DNA of 64,000 nt from Anaeramoeba ignava BMAN. Its lineage: Eukaryota > Protista > Anaeramoebae. The notes beneath the pieces were generated by a model. That model did not search any database, was not told where the DNA came from, and worked only from the letters and a program-made list of their open reading frames with translations. This document shows, one piece after another, positions 25,936 to 41,900 of this stretch. Position numbers and translations under genes: made by a program. Location of the stretch: assembly GCA_028826165.1 (NCBI GenBank), contig JAPDFW010000140.1:57138-121137 (forward strand). Direction: 5' to 3'. Every line of letters starts with the position of its first letter. The first letter of the stretch is position 1.

Positions 25936-28900
25936 ATGAGTCAATGCAAACAACGCAAGATAACCCTTTTTGGGTTTCGAGGAGTTGGTAAATTTGGAAC
26001 TGAATATCTTCATTAAAATTTAATTTAATTTAATTTAATTTAATTTAATTTAAAAGCCAATTATTTAACTGAATCAAAAACAATAAAAAATCAAGATCAA
26101 TCAATTTAATTTATATTTAATTTATATTTAATTTATATTTAATTTATATTTAATTTATATTTAATTTGAATTGTTTTTTATTATTTCAAGATCATTTTTT
26201 ATTTAGAAAAAAAATTATTTTTTTTTTCAATCAGTTTTTTTCATTGAGATCATGATTCATCCAAAATAATTTAATTTAATTTAATTTAATCAATTTAATT
26301 TTAATCAATTTAATCAATTTATTTTAATCAATTTTTAATCAATTTTAAATAATTTAATTAATTTAATTTTTAATCAATTTAATTTAATCAATTTAATCAA
26401 TTTAATTTAATCAATTTAATTTAATCAATTTAATTTAATCAATTTAATTTAATCAATTTAATTTAATCAATTTAATTTAATCAATTTAATTTAATCAATT
26501 TAATTTAATCAATTTAATTTAATCAATTTAATTTAATCAATTCAATTTAATCTATTTAATCAATTTAATCAATTTTCAATTTAATTTTAATCAATTTAAT
26601 TTAATCAATTTAATTTAATCAATTTAATTTTAAATAATTTAATTTAAATAATTTAATTTTAATTTAATTTGAATTTAATTTAATTTAATCAATTTAATTT
26701 AATCAATTTAATTTAATCAATTTTAATTTAATCAATTTAATTTAATCAATTTAATTTAATTTTAATCAATTTAATTTTAATCAATTTAATTTAATCAATT
26801 TAATTTAATCAATTTAATTTAATCAATTTAATTTAATCAATTTAATTTAATTTAATCAATTTAATTTAATTTTAATCAATTTAATTTAATCAATTTAATT
26901 TAATCAATTTAATTTAAATAATTTAATTTAAATAATTTAATTTAATCAATTTAAATTTAATCAATTCAATTTAAATAATTTAATCTATTTAATCAATTTA
27001 ATCTATTTAATCAATTTAATCAATTTAATTTAATCTATTTAAATTTTAATTTTAATCAATTTGTCTATTTAATCAATTTAATTTAATCAATTTAATTTAA
27101 TCAATTTAATTTAATCAATTTAATCAATTTAATTTAAATAATTTAATTTAAATAATTTAATTTAATTAATTTAATTTGAAATAATTTAATTTAATCAATT
27201 TAATTTAAATAATTTAATTTAATCAATTTAATTTAATCAATTTAATTTAATCAATTTTAAATTTAATTTAATCAATTTAATTTTAATCAATTTAATTTAA
27301 TCAAAATTTAATCAATTTTAATTTAATCAATTTAATTTATTAATCAATTTAATAAATTTAATTTTAATCAATTTAATTTTTAATCATTTTTAATCAATTT
27401 AATTTATTTTCAATTTAATTTAATCAATTTTTATTTAATCAATTTAATTTTTAATTTAATTTAATCAATTTAATCAATTTTTCAATTTTAATCAATTTCA
27501 ATTTAATCAATTTAATCAATTTAATTTTAATCAATTTAATCAATTCATTTTTAATCATTTAATTTAATCAATTTAATTTAATCAATTTAATTTAATCAAT
27601 TTAATTTAATCAATTTAATTTAATCAATTTAATCAATTTAATTTAATAATCAATCAATTTAATCAATCAATTTTAATTTAATCAATTTAATTTTAATCAA
27701 TTTAATTTAATCAATTTCAATTTTAAATTTAATCTATTTAATCAATTTAATCAATTTAATTTAATCTATTTCAATCTATTTAATCAATTTAATCAATTTA
27801 ATTTAATCAATTTAATTTAATCAATTTAATTTAATCAATTTAATTTAATCAATTTAAATAATTTAATTTTAATTAATTTAATTTAAATAATTTAATTTAA
27901 TTAATTTAATTTGAAATAATTTTAATTTAATCAATTTAATTTAAATAATTTAATTTAATCAATTTAATTTAATCAATTTAATTTAATCAATTCGTTTAAT
28001 CAATTTAATTTAATTTAATCAATTTAATTTAATCAATTTAATTTAAATTTAATTTAAATAATTTAATTTAATCAATTTAATTTAATCAATTTAATTTAAT
28101 CAATTTAATTTAATCAATTTAATTTAATCAATTTAATTTAATCAATTTAATCAATTTAATCAATTTAATCAATTTAATCAATTTAATCAATTTAATTTAA
28201 TCAATTTAATTTAATCAATTTAATTTAATCAATTTAATTTAATCAATTTAATTTAATCAATTTAAATAATTTAATTTAATTTAATCAATTTAATTTAATC
28301 TAATCAATTTAATTTAATCAATTTAATTTAATCTAATCAATTTAATTTAATCAATTTAATTTAATTTAATTTAATTAAATTTTTATAATAAATACAGGAA
28401 AAACCGCGATAACTCTTAGATTTGTTCAAGATGTTTTTGGAGAAAATTATGAACCAACAATTGAAAATAATTTCTCCAAAAAATTAAAATTTAATGGAGA
28501 AAATTACGAACTTGAGATAATCGATACACCTGGTCAAGTATAAATTTAATATTTAATTTAATATTTAATTTAATATTCAATATTTAATATTTAATTCAAT
28601 ATTCAATATTTAATTCAATTTAATATTCAATATTTAATTCAATTTAATATTTAATTCAATTCAATATAATTCAATTTAATTTAATATTTAATTCAATTAA
28701 ATATTTAATTTAATATTCAATTCAATTCAATATTTAATATTCAATTTAATTCAATTCAATTTAATTCAATTCAATATTTAATTTAATTCAATTCAATTCA
28801 ATATTTAATTCAATTCAATTTAATTTAATTCAATTCAATTCAATTCAATTCAATTCAATTTAATATTTAATTCAATTTAATTCAATTCAATTCAATTCAA

Positions 28901-29683
28901 TTCAATTCAATTCAATTCAATTCAATTCAATATTCAATTCAATTCAATTCAATTCAATTCAATTCAATTTAATTCAATTTAATTCAATTCAATTTAATTC
29001 AATTCAATTTAATTCAATTCAATTCAATTCAATTCAATTCAATTCAATTCAATTTTCAAATTGATAACAAAAACCAAAAGGATGAATATACAGCATTATC
29101 ACAAAATTTGATTTTAAATACAGATGGATGTATATTTGTATATACAATATCTTCTAAAAATTCTTTTAATATGTTGAACATATTACGAGATAAAATCATT
29201 GAAAAATCAGGCGTTACTCCAATGGTTTTAGTAGGAAATAAATCTGATTTAGAAGAATCTCGACAAGTTTCAATTCAAGAAGGTCAAAATTTAGCTAATT
29301 CTTGGAAATGTCCTTTTTTTGAATGTTCTGCAAAAGAGAATCAAAATATTTGTATTAATTTTAATTTTAATTTTAATTTCAATTTTAATTTTGATTTTGA
29401 ATTTTAATTTAAATTTCAATTTTAATTTTAATTTTAATTTAAATATTGATTTAAATTTGATTTTGATTTTGATTTTAAATTTAATTTTAATTTTAATATT
29501 AATTTCGAAATGAATTTTAAATTTTAATTTTAATTTTAATTCCAATTTTAATTTTAATTCCACTTTTTTTTCAACTTTTTAGCTCAAACTTTCTTTTCAA
29601 CTTTAGAACAAATTGAATTATCAATTAATCCTAATTTTCGAATAACACAAGAAAAAAAAGGAGGAACTTGTCAACTAATATAA
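25936..29683 (+). CDS. RHEB: Rheb-like Ras-family GTPase, 4 exons (25936-25987, 28398-28537, 29081-29351, 29583-29683)
   Basis: RKITLFGFRGVG|KT with the Rheb-type P-loop Arg, effector YEPTIEN, DTPGQDEY, VLVGNKSDL, ECSAK and CaaX CQLI. Confidence 0.85.
26270..28380 (+). repeat. Intronic 14-bp satellite (TTTAATCAATTTAA)n in Rheb intron 1
   Basis: Direct inspection. Confidence 0.93.
28545..29055 (+). repeat. Intronic (TTCAA)n satellite in Rheb intron 2
   Basis: Direct inspection. Confidence 0.9.
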
Positions 29684-29929
29684 AACAAAAACAAAAACAA
29701 AAACAAAACACAAACAAAACACAAACAAATTATTTGACATTTTAATAAAAAACAAAAACAAATTTTATTTTCATTTCTTTTTTCTTTTTATTTTTTATTT
29801 TAAATAAATTGAAAACTTGAATTTTAAATTTTCATTTTTTTCATTTTTTTCATTTTTTTTCATTTTTTTATTCTTTATTCTATTGAATTTGACTTTTATT
29901 TTCTAATAAAACCTTTCTTTTATTATAAA

Positions 29930-33220
<3,291 letters not shown>

Positions 33221-33435
33221 TTTTGAGAAAAAAAACAAAAAAAAAAGATTTGATTTGATTTAATTTGATTTGATTTGAATTGAATCGATTCAACTTTTAA
33301 AACAATTTTCTTTTTTCTTTTCTTTTCTTTTTTCTTTTTTTCTTTTCTTTTCTTTTCTTTTTCTTTTCTTTTCTTTTTTCTTTTGAAAAATTTGTTTTAT
33401 TTCTTTTTTTAAGTTGGAATAAAAACTCAATTCTT

Positions 33436-34963
33436 TTAATTATCATTTTTTGCTTTTTCCAAATTTTCATTCGCAAAAAATTTCAATTCTTTCTTTTTTT
33501 CTTTTTCTATTTTTTGAAATCTTTCTTTGAAATAAAAAAGTCGAGAATTTCTATTTAATTGGAAATAATCAACAAAAAAATCAAAATCAAAAGATTTTTG
33601 TTCATCTTCAGATAAAGCAAAAAATTCTTGATCAGAAATTTGATCTGTATAAAGAAATTTAACAAACAAATCAATCACATTAAAGGATCTTCCAGTAAAA
33701 TCTTGAGTATAACTTGAATCATCTTGAGAAAGAGTAAAAAGTTGTCTGAATAATTCACTTCTTATTTCAAGAATAAGTTTATGAACCTTAATTTCTTGCT
33801 CATTAATTTTTATCACAAAATCTTTTGTGTCTTGTTTTTGGAATAATTTTCCAAATTGTTCCTGAAGTGTCAAATTGTGGGGAATTTTTATTCCAATTTC
33901 TTCAATAAGTTCTAATGATGTCTTTTTTTCTGTAATTTGAGTTGGAATTTGGACATCTGTTTCCAAAATTGAAATGAGTGTGTTATCCTCAATATTTTCA
34001 TCATCACTTCCCTCATCAATTAAATCTGAATCTTGGATATTTGTTTCCAATCCGCAATACAAATATTTGAAAATCATTTTGATTTGTTTATTGGAATGTT
34101 TAGCAAGTAAATCAGAAAGTTCTCCAACTGTTTTTCCTGTTCGAATTTCTATCAATGTTTTATGGACTAGAAAATCATTTATTTTTGAATCACCAAATTT
34201 TTGTATCCGAAAGAAATTAAGAAAATCTTGATTATATGAATAATAAGTGTCTAAAAATTGTTTCATCATCATATCCTGTGTATTAAATGATGGTTTTCTA
34301 TTCGAAATATCTTTTTGTATTGGATCAACTCCTTTTGAAATGAGATAATTGATTATTGCATAAGTTTCTTCTGTTGGATAAATATGATTCTGAAGTAAAA
34401 TACCGATTAAATTGAGATTCTTTCCAAAATGAATAAAAAATATGAATAATAAATAAAAAATATTTTTTGATGATTTGATAATTGTTTTTACTTGATCAAA
34501 TACAAAAGAACCTGATTCAATTAATATTTTTACTAATTCTAAATTCACTTTTTTATTTTCAAAAAGGAAATGCAATTCAGTTTTCTTAAATTTTGGGAAT
34601 GATTATTATTTGATTTAAATAAATAAATTCAAAAGAAATAAGAGGAAAAGAAGGAAAGAAAGAAATTTAGAGAATTTGTTTTAAAAGATGATTTACAGAT
34701 TCTATCTTTTGGTTTAAAACTGATCCATTTTCAATTAAGTATTTAAGGATTTCTGGTGTAATTGATGAATTTTGACAAATTGCATGAATATCTTTTCCCT
34801 ATTAATTTTTTTATATATTGATTTATTTCAAATTTTATTTCAAATTTTATTTCAAATTTTATTTCAAATTTTATTTCAAATTTTATTTCAAATTTTATTT
34901 CAAATTTTATTTCAAATTTTATTTCAAATTTTATTGATTGATTGATTGATTGATTTTATTGAT

Positions 34964-35004
<41 letters not shown>

Positions 35005-35063
35005 TATTGATTATTGATTGATTGATTGATTGATTTTATTGATTGATTTTATTGATTGATTTG

Positions 35064-35098
<35 letters not shown>

Positions 35099-35112
35099 TA
35101 TTTGATTGATTA

Positions 35113-35147
<35 letters not shown>

Positions 35148-35782
35148 TTATTGATTGATTGATTGATTTTATTGATTGATTTTATTGATTGATTTGATTT
35201 ATTGATTTACATTCTAAATAATAAATAACAATTTAAATTTTTTACATTGTTATTATTAATATAAAATGAAATTTTACTAATTCAGATATTTTCGCTCCTT
35301 TTTCAACAAGAAATTTTATTAATTCAATTTCTACAGAAGGATTTCTTAATAAACAAAATAGAGAATTCTAAATTAAAAATAAAAATGAATTTAAAAATGG
35401 ATTTGAAAATGAATTTAAAAATCAAAATAAAAATGAAAATAAAAATTACATTCTAATAATAAAATCGAATTTAAAATTTGAAATTTAAAATTTAATTGTT
35501 AAAAGAATTACTAAATTTCCCAATTCATTTTCATTTTTAAAATAAAAATTCCTTAACATTTGTAAATTAACTAATCTATTTAAACATAAACTGTTGAATA
35601 AATTCTAAAAAGAAAAATTACAAAATTTTATAAAATAAAAATGAAATTTTCAAAATTGAAAAAATTTTCACTTTTTTTTTAACATTATTTGAATCAAGAA
35701 TTTTATAAATTTCTTCAATATCAAGTGAATTTTTTAATTTATTTTCTAAAAATGATGAAAAATAATAATTTTCTGAAAACAT
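33436..35782 (-). CDS. Degenerate ankyrin-repeat plus BTB/POZ protein; exons 35782-35672, 35604-35512, 35452-35450, 35367-35278, 35213-35211, 34798-34697, 34584-34492, 34419-33436
   Basis: About 30-34 codon exons with ankyrin-like ELIKFLVEKGA, EILKYLIENGS and ELVKILIESGS; BTB segment KDFVIKINEQEIKVHKLILEIRSELFRQLF...LFVKFLYTD; two AG-AAT-GT microexons. Confidence 0.82.
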
Positions 35783-35869
35783 TCTTGAATTGAATTGAAT
35801 TGAAATGAAAAAAATGAAAAAAATAAATTTTTAATTTCAAAATTTTATTTAAAAATTAAAAATTAAAAA

Positions 35870-37402
35870 TTAAATCTCTGAAAAAAAATTAATCATTTTA
35901 TCAGAATAACGAATAACTTCTTTTGGAAATTTTGAAATATTCTCTATTATTTGATCACATAAATCTTGAACCCTAAAAAATTTAATCAAAAAAATAATTT
36001 AATCAGAATAATTTAATCAAAATAATTTAATCAAAAATAATTTAATTAAAATAATTTAACCAAAATAATTTAATTAAAAATAATTTAATCAAAAATAATT
36101 TAATCAAAAATAATTTAATCAATAATAATTTAATCAAAAATAATTTAATCAAAATAATTTAATCTAAATAATTTAATTTAAAATATTTTAATCAAAATAA
36201 TTTAATCAAAAATAATTTAATCAAAAATAATTTAATTAAAAATAATTTAATCAAAATAATTTAATAAAAATAATTTAATCAAAAATAATTTAATCAAAAA
36301 TAATTTAATTAAAAATAATTTAATCAAAAATAATTTAATTAAAAATAATTTAATTAAAAATAATTTAATTAAAAATAATTTAATCAAAAATAATTTAATC
36401 TAAATAATTTAATCAAAAATAATTTAATCAATAATAATTTAATCAAAAATAATTTAATCAAAAAAATTGTTTTTTTTTTGGAAATGAATATAATTTTATA
36501 CCATTTTGAATAAGCTGAATTCATAATTGTAAAAGAATTTTCAGCAGAATTTTGTATTAAACTCTTGATTAAATGAAATTCTTTTTGGATCATTTCTTTT
36601 TCTTTTTTAAAACCACCAGATTCATTTAATAAAGACTAAATTTAAAAAAAAAATATTAAAAATTTTCAATCATTTTTTTTTTTGGATTAAATTTACAAAA
36701 AGTAAAGAAATCTTTTTGGGAATAAAAGAATGATTTTTCAATAATAAATTTTCTTTTAAATCAATACAAAGCATAAATATTTGATTTAATAAACTCATTT
36801 GACTTAAATATTCTTCCAAATCATAAGAATTAGAAGTAAAAATCTTATTAGAAACATAAGTAGCTAAATTTGGAAATAAAAATTCTAATTTTTTCTTTTT
36901 CATCCATTTCTTCAATTTTTAAAGAAAGAAAAATCAATCAATATTTTTTCATCATTAAAAAAATATTAAAAAAATTAACTCCTTATTTAAAATTTTGATA
37001 TTTATTAAAAATACGCTTGTTGATGTTTGTATTTTTGATTCAAGTTGTTTTTTTAATCCTTCTATTTTTAATAAACATTGTTTTTGTTCTATTTTTTCTT
37101 TTTCTGATAATTTAAATTTTTGATCAAAAATTGATTTTTCTTCACAAAAAATTTCAAGTTGAATCAAAATTGTTAATAAATCAGTTTCTTCTAAAAATTG
37201 ATTTTGATTTTGATTTTGATTTTGATTTCTTTTTGGAAAAATTGGATATTTTAAATAGATTTGAATTTCTTTGTTTTTTTTTGAATTTGAAATTAAAATT
37301 AAAATTTTTGAAAAATGAAAAAAAATAATCCTTTTTAAAAATTATACTTGGAAATTTAACTTTTTGTTTTGAAAAATTAAAAATTGGTTCTGATTTAATC
37401 AT
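35870..37402 (-). CDS. Hypothetical protein, 5 exons (37402-37348, 37190-37015, 36909-36697, 36635-36502, 35972-35870)
   Basis: Short ORFs join in frame through GT-AG introns with compatible phases (1, 0, 0, 2); no family recognised. Confidence 0.6.
35980..36460 (-). repeat. Intronic 15-bp satellite (TAATTTAATCAAAAA on plus strand)
   Basis: Direct inspection. Confidence 0.9.
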
Positions 37403-37505
37403 TAGATAAAATATTAATTTAAATTATATAAAAAAAAATGAAAAAAAATGAAAAAATGAAAATCAATTTTTTTTTTCAATTTTTTTTTTTCAAATTAAAA
37501 AATTA

Positions 37506-38210
37506 ATGGAAAATAAAATGAAAGAAAATTCATTTAATCTTTCTCAAAAATTAATTGATAAATTTACAGATATAAATGATTCAAGAAGAAAAATTGTATT
37601 ACTTTGCACTGGTTCATTCAATCCAATTCATAAAATGCATATAATTCAGTTTCAATTAGCAAAAGAATATTTGGAAAGTGAATTCAATTATAATATTGTT
37701 GGAGCAATTATATCTCCATCTCATGATAAATATTTAAAAAGGAAACTTGGAGATGAAGCGATTCCATTTCAAGAAAGAGTTTTGATGTGCAAAAAAGCGA
37801 TATTAGAAGAGAAATTAGAAAATTGGATGATTATTGATGAATGGGAAGGAAATCAAGATGAATTTCTTGATTTCTTTGAAATTATTCAAATTGTTCAAAA
37901 TCGAATTTCGAAAAATTTTCCAAATTCAAAAATTGATGTTATTTATGTTTGTGGAATGGATCATTTCCTTAGATATAAATGTTATGAAAGAACTGGTTAT
38001 GCTGTTGTTGAAAGAATTGGATTTTCTTTAGAAGATTCTAAATTCAAAACTGATCAAAATCGAGATATTTATTTTTTCAAAAATACTAAAAAAGGATTTT
38101 CAATGAGTTCTTCAAAAATACGAGAATTAAGAGATAAAGGAGAATCATTTGATGAATTAACTTATAAATCTGTTATTGAAAGGTTAAATGAAATTGGATG
38201 GAATCAATAA
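37506..38210 (+). CDS. Nicotinamide/nicotinate mononucleotide adenylyltransferase-like (cytidylyltransferase superfamily)
   Basis: LLCTGSFNPIHKMH (HxGH-type motif), ISPSHDKY, RVLMC, DEWE, YVCGMD and SSSKIR. Confidence 0.85.
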   Translation: MENKMKENSFNLSQKLIDKFTDINDSRRKIVLLCTGSFNPIHKMHIIQFQLAKEYLESEFNYNIVGAIISPSHDKYLKRKLGDEAIPFQERVLMCKKAILEEKLENWMIIDEWEGNQDEFLDFFEIIQIVQNRISKNFPNSKIDVIYVCGMDHFLRYKCYERTGYAVVERIGFSLEDSKFKTDQNRDIYFFKNTKKGFSMSSSKIRELRDKGESFDELTYKSVIERLNEIGWNQ

Positions 38211-38249
38211 AAATCAATTATTTGAATTTTAAAATTATTTTTATTTTAT

Positions 38250-38943
38250 TTATTTGAATTTGAATTTGAATTTGAATTTGAATTTGAATTTATTTGAATT
38301 TATTTGAATTTGAATTTGAATTTGAATTTGAATTTAAATTTATTTGAATTTGAATTTATATTTGAATTTGAATTTGAATTTGAATTTATATTTGAATTTA
38401 TTTTTGTTTTTGAATTTATATTTGGATTTGAATTTATTTGAATTTTGATTTGAATTTATATTTGAATTTGAATTTGAATTTGAATTTGTTTGAATTTAAA
38501 TTTAAATTTAAATTTGAATTTATTTGAATTTGAATTTGAATTTGAATTTGAATTTGAATTTGAATTTGAATTTGAATTTGAATTTGAATTTGAATTTGAA
38601 TTTGAATTTGAATTTTGAATTTGAATTTGAATTTTGATTTGAATTTGAATTTGAATTTGAATTTATTTGAATTTGAATTTATTTATATTTGAATTTATTT
38701 GAATTTATTTGAATTTGAATTTGAATTTATATTTATTTGAATTTGAATTTGAATTTGAATTTAAATTTGAATTTGAATTTGAATTTGAATTTATTTGAAT
38801 TTGAATTTGAATTTGAATTTGAATTTGAATTTGAATTTGAATTTGAATTTGAATTTGAATTTAAATTTAAATTTATTTGAATTTATTTGAATTTGAATTT
38901 GAATTTAGATTTGAATTTATTTGAATTTGAATTTAATTTGAAT
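38250..38943. repeat. (TTTGAA)n microsatellite between convergent genes
   Basis: Direct inspection. Confidence 0.95.
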
Positions 38944-41900
38944 TTATATTTTATAATGAGAAAATCTATATTCTGGTTTTTGATAAAGTTCAATTTGCCA
39001 AGTTAAAGTAGATTCTTCATTTAATTGAAAATAATCTTGAACATATTTCAATTCATCAAGAACAAAAAAAGGTAAATCTAATTCTAAAGAATCAAAATAA
39101 AAAAATCGAATTAAACTCTGAATTGTTTGTTGTGTTTTCCCACTATAATCATGAACTGAATTTGATTTATCATTTACACTTGAAAACATTCCATTAAATA
39201 ATCCACTTCTTGCAGCCAAAACTATTTTATCAACCTTAATTGAAACATTATCCACAATTAAAGTAAAATCTTTTGAATCTTCATTATAATATAATTTTTC
39301 CAAATCCTTTAAAAATCCTTTTCGCCATTTTTTCTCTTCAATCCATTTATCATCAAATCCAATTTCTTTTGCCATTTCAAAGATTATTTTCTGGTACTTT
39401 TTTTTCAAATCTTTATTGATTTTTTTGATTAATTGATATTGATCATATTCATCTTTTTCACTTGAATTTTCAAGTGTTTTCAAATAATCTTTTGTTCCAT
39501 CATAAAATATTCCAGTATAAAGAAATCTCAAAAATAAACAAACATCTTCTGATTTATAATTTGAAAACATTTCTAAAAGATCATTTAGTTTTTCTTTTCC
39601 AATTCTCATTTTAATAATTTCTTGATGAGCTTCAAGTTTTCCATCAATTGTTTTTATTATTAAATTTGTTAAAGACTTTGTTTTATAAAGATTCCAAAAA
39701 TCTTCTGTAATTGAATTCCAAGATTTAATAATTTTATTTGAAATCAATCCTGATTTTATTGACAATCTAATTGTTTTTAACTTTTTTTTTTTTAAAAGAA
39801 AATTATTGGAAATTATAAATCTATTGATTAATAAAATTAATAAAAAAATATAAACTTGATTCTCTCGACTATATTCTGTTCCATAATCAAATAATAATTT
39901 AAGACATGGTTTTGTTCGACTAGAAAAAGCTGAATCTACAGGTTTTATATACTAATTAAAAAATAATATATTAAAAATGATTTTTGAAAAAAATTTTAAA
40001 TGAATTCACTTCCTAAATTAAAATTAAAATTAAAATTAAAATTAAAATTAAAATTAAAATTAAAATTAAAATTAAAATTAAAATTAAAATTAAAATTAAA
40101 ATTAAAATTAAAATTAAAATTAAAATTAAAATTAAAATTAAAAATTAAAATTAAAATTAAAATTAAAATTAAAATTAAAATTAAAATTAAAATTAAAATT
40201 AAAAATTAAAATTAAAATTAAAATTAAAATTTATATTCTGTTAATATTGTATTAATATTAAAATTAAAATTAAAATTAAAATTAAAATTAAAATTAAAAT
40301 TAAAATTAAAATTAAAATTAAAATTAAAATTAAAATTAAAATTAAAATTAAAATTAAAATTAAAATTAAAATTAAAATTTAAAATTAAAATTAAAATTAA
40401 AATTAAAATTAAAATTAAAATTAAAATTAAAATTAAAATTTATATTCTGTTAATATTGTATTAATATTATACATGTTTCTCATTTGGATTTGCTCCAAGT
40501 TTTAAAAGAAGTGTTAACAATTTTGGATTGCTTTTTTCACAAGCAATAGAAAGACAACTATTACTCTATAACAAATAAATAATCAAAATAAACTTCTTTC
40601 TTAAATTCTTTTAGTAAATAAAAAATAATAATTTACATGCTTTTCACGACTAAAAAAAAGAATAAAAATAAAAATAAAAATAAAAATGAAAATAAAAATA
40701 AAAATAAAAATAAAAATAAAAATAATTTATTCACTTTGCTTTAATACTTGCTCCACTTTTAATAAGAAATTCAATCACTTCATAATCAGGTAAATTTCTT
40801 GAACAAGCTAATTTAATTGCTGTTCTTCCCTGTATTTTTTTTTTCAAAGAGGAACAGAAATAAAAATTTTATCATTTCTAATTTAAATATTTTTTTTCCT
40901 TTAAATTTTACATACTAAATTATAAATAGAATAAAATATGAATAAAATTAACAAATATATAAAATAATTTACATTCTATTAATATTATTTATATTAATAT
41001 TATTTATATTAATATTATTTATATTAATATTATTTATATTAATATTATTTATATTAATATTATTTATATTAATATTATTTATATTAATATTATTTATATT
41101 AATAGTTTTAAATTCAAACATCTTCAGTAAATGGAACTTTTTTTTCAACTAATAATTTAATTGTATTAAGAGAAGCTCCCCAAAAAGCTGCTAAATGAAG
41201 ATAATTTTGTAACTTTTTATATAAATATAAAATATAAAATTAAAATATAAAATATAAATATAAAATTAAAATATAAATATAAAATTAAAATTAAAATATA
41301 TAAAATTAAAATTAAAATTAAAATTTATAATTAGATTAAAAATAATTTCCAAACTAAAAAAAAAGAAGATTATTTTTGTATTTAAAAAAATTTCCTATTT
41401 TTGTCTTTTTCATTCTTAAATTTACCATAAAATTTTTCATAAACATTTGCTCCATTTTGAACTAAAAAATTAACAAATTCGAATTCATCTTTCTTTTTTA
41501 TAGCATAATAAAGTGCTTTTTTTTGCTATTATTTAATAAATTTTTTTTAAATAAAAAATCAATATTAAATTCTATAATTTAAATTTACAAACTAAATTAA
41601 TATTAAATTAAATTAATATTAAATTAAATAAATAATTAAAATTTTTAATTTACTTCCTAAAAATTTATTTACATTTTGTTTTTGAATAAATAAAATAATC
41701 ATTTCTTTTTCTTTTTTTTAAATAAATTTTTTTTACATCAACTGAATTAACTGAAAAACCCATATCAAGTAAGAATTGAAAAAATTCAATATTTTGAGAT
41801 GTTTTTGAAGCAATAACAAAATAACTTTGACAGTTCTAAATTAATTATTATAAGAATAATTCGATATAAAAAAAGAATTTTAAATTAACTTTTTTTTTTA

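Noticed and set aside
25937-25943. TGAGTCA AP-1-like site
   Set aside because: It overlaps the Rheb start codon and first codons, so coding sequence explains it.
40231-40470. Duplicated 30-nt motif inside the long ankyrin intron as a possible extra exon
   Set aside because: The second copy lacks the GT donor and there is no AG-exon-GT unit; it is a local duplication within the TTTTAA expansion.
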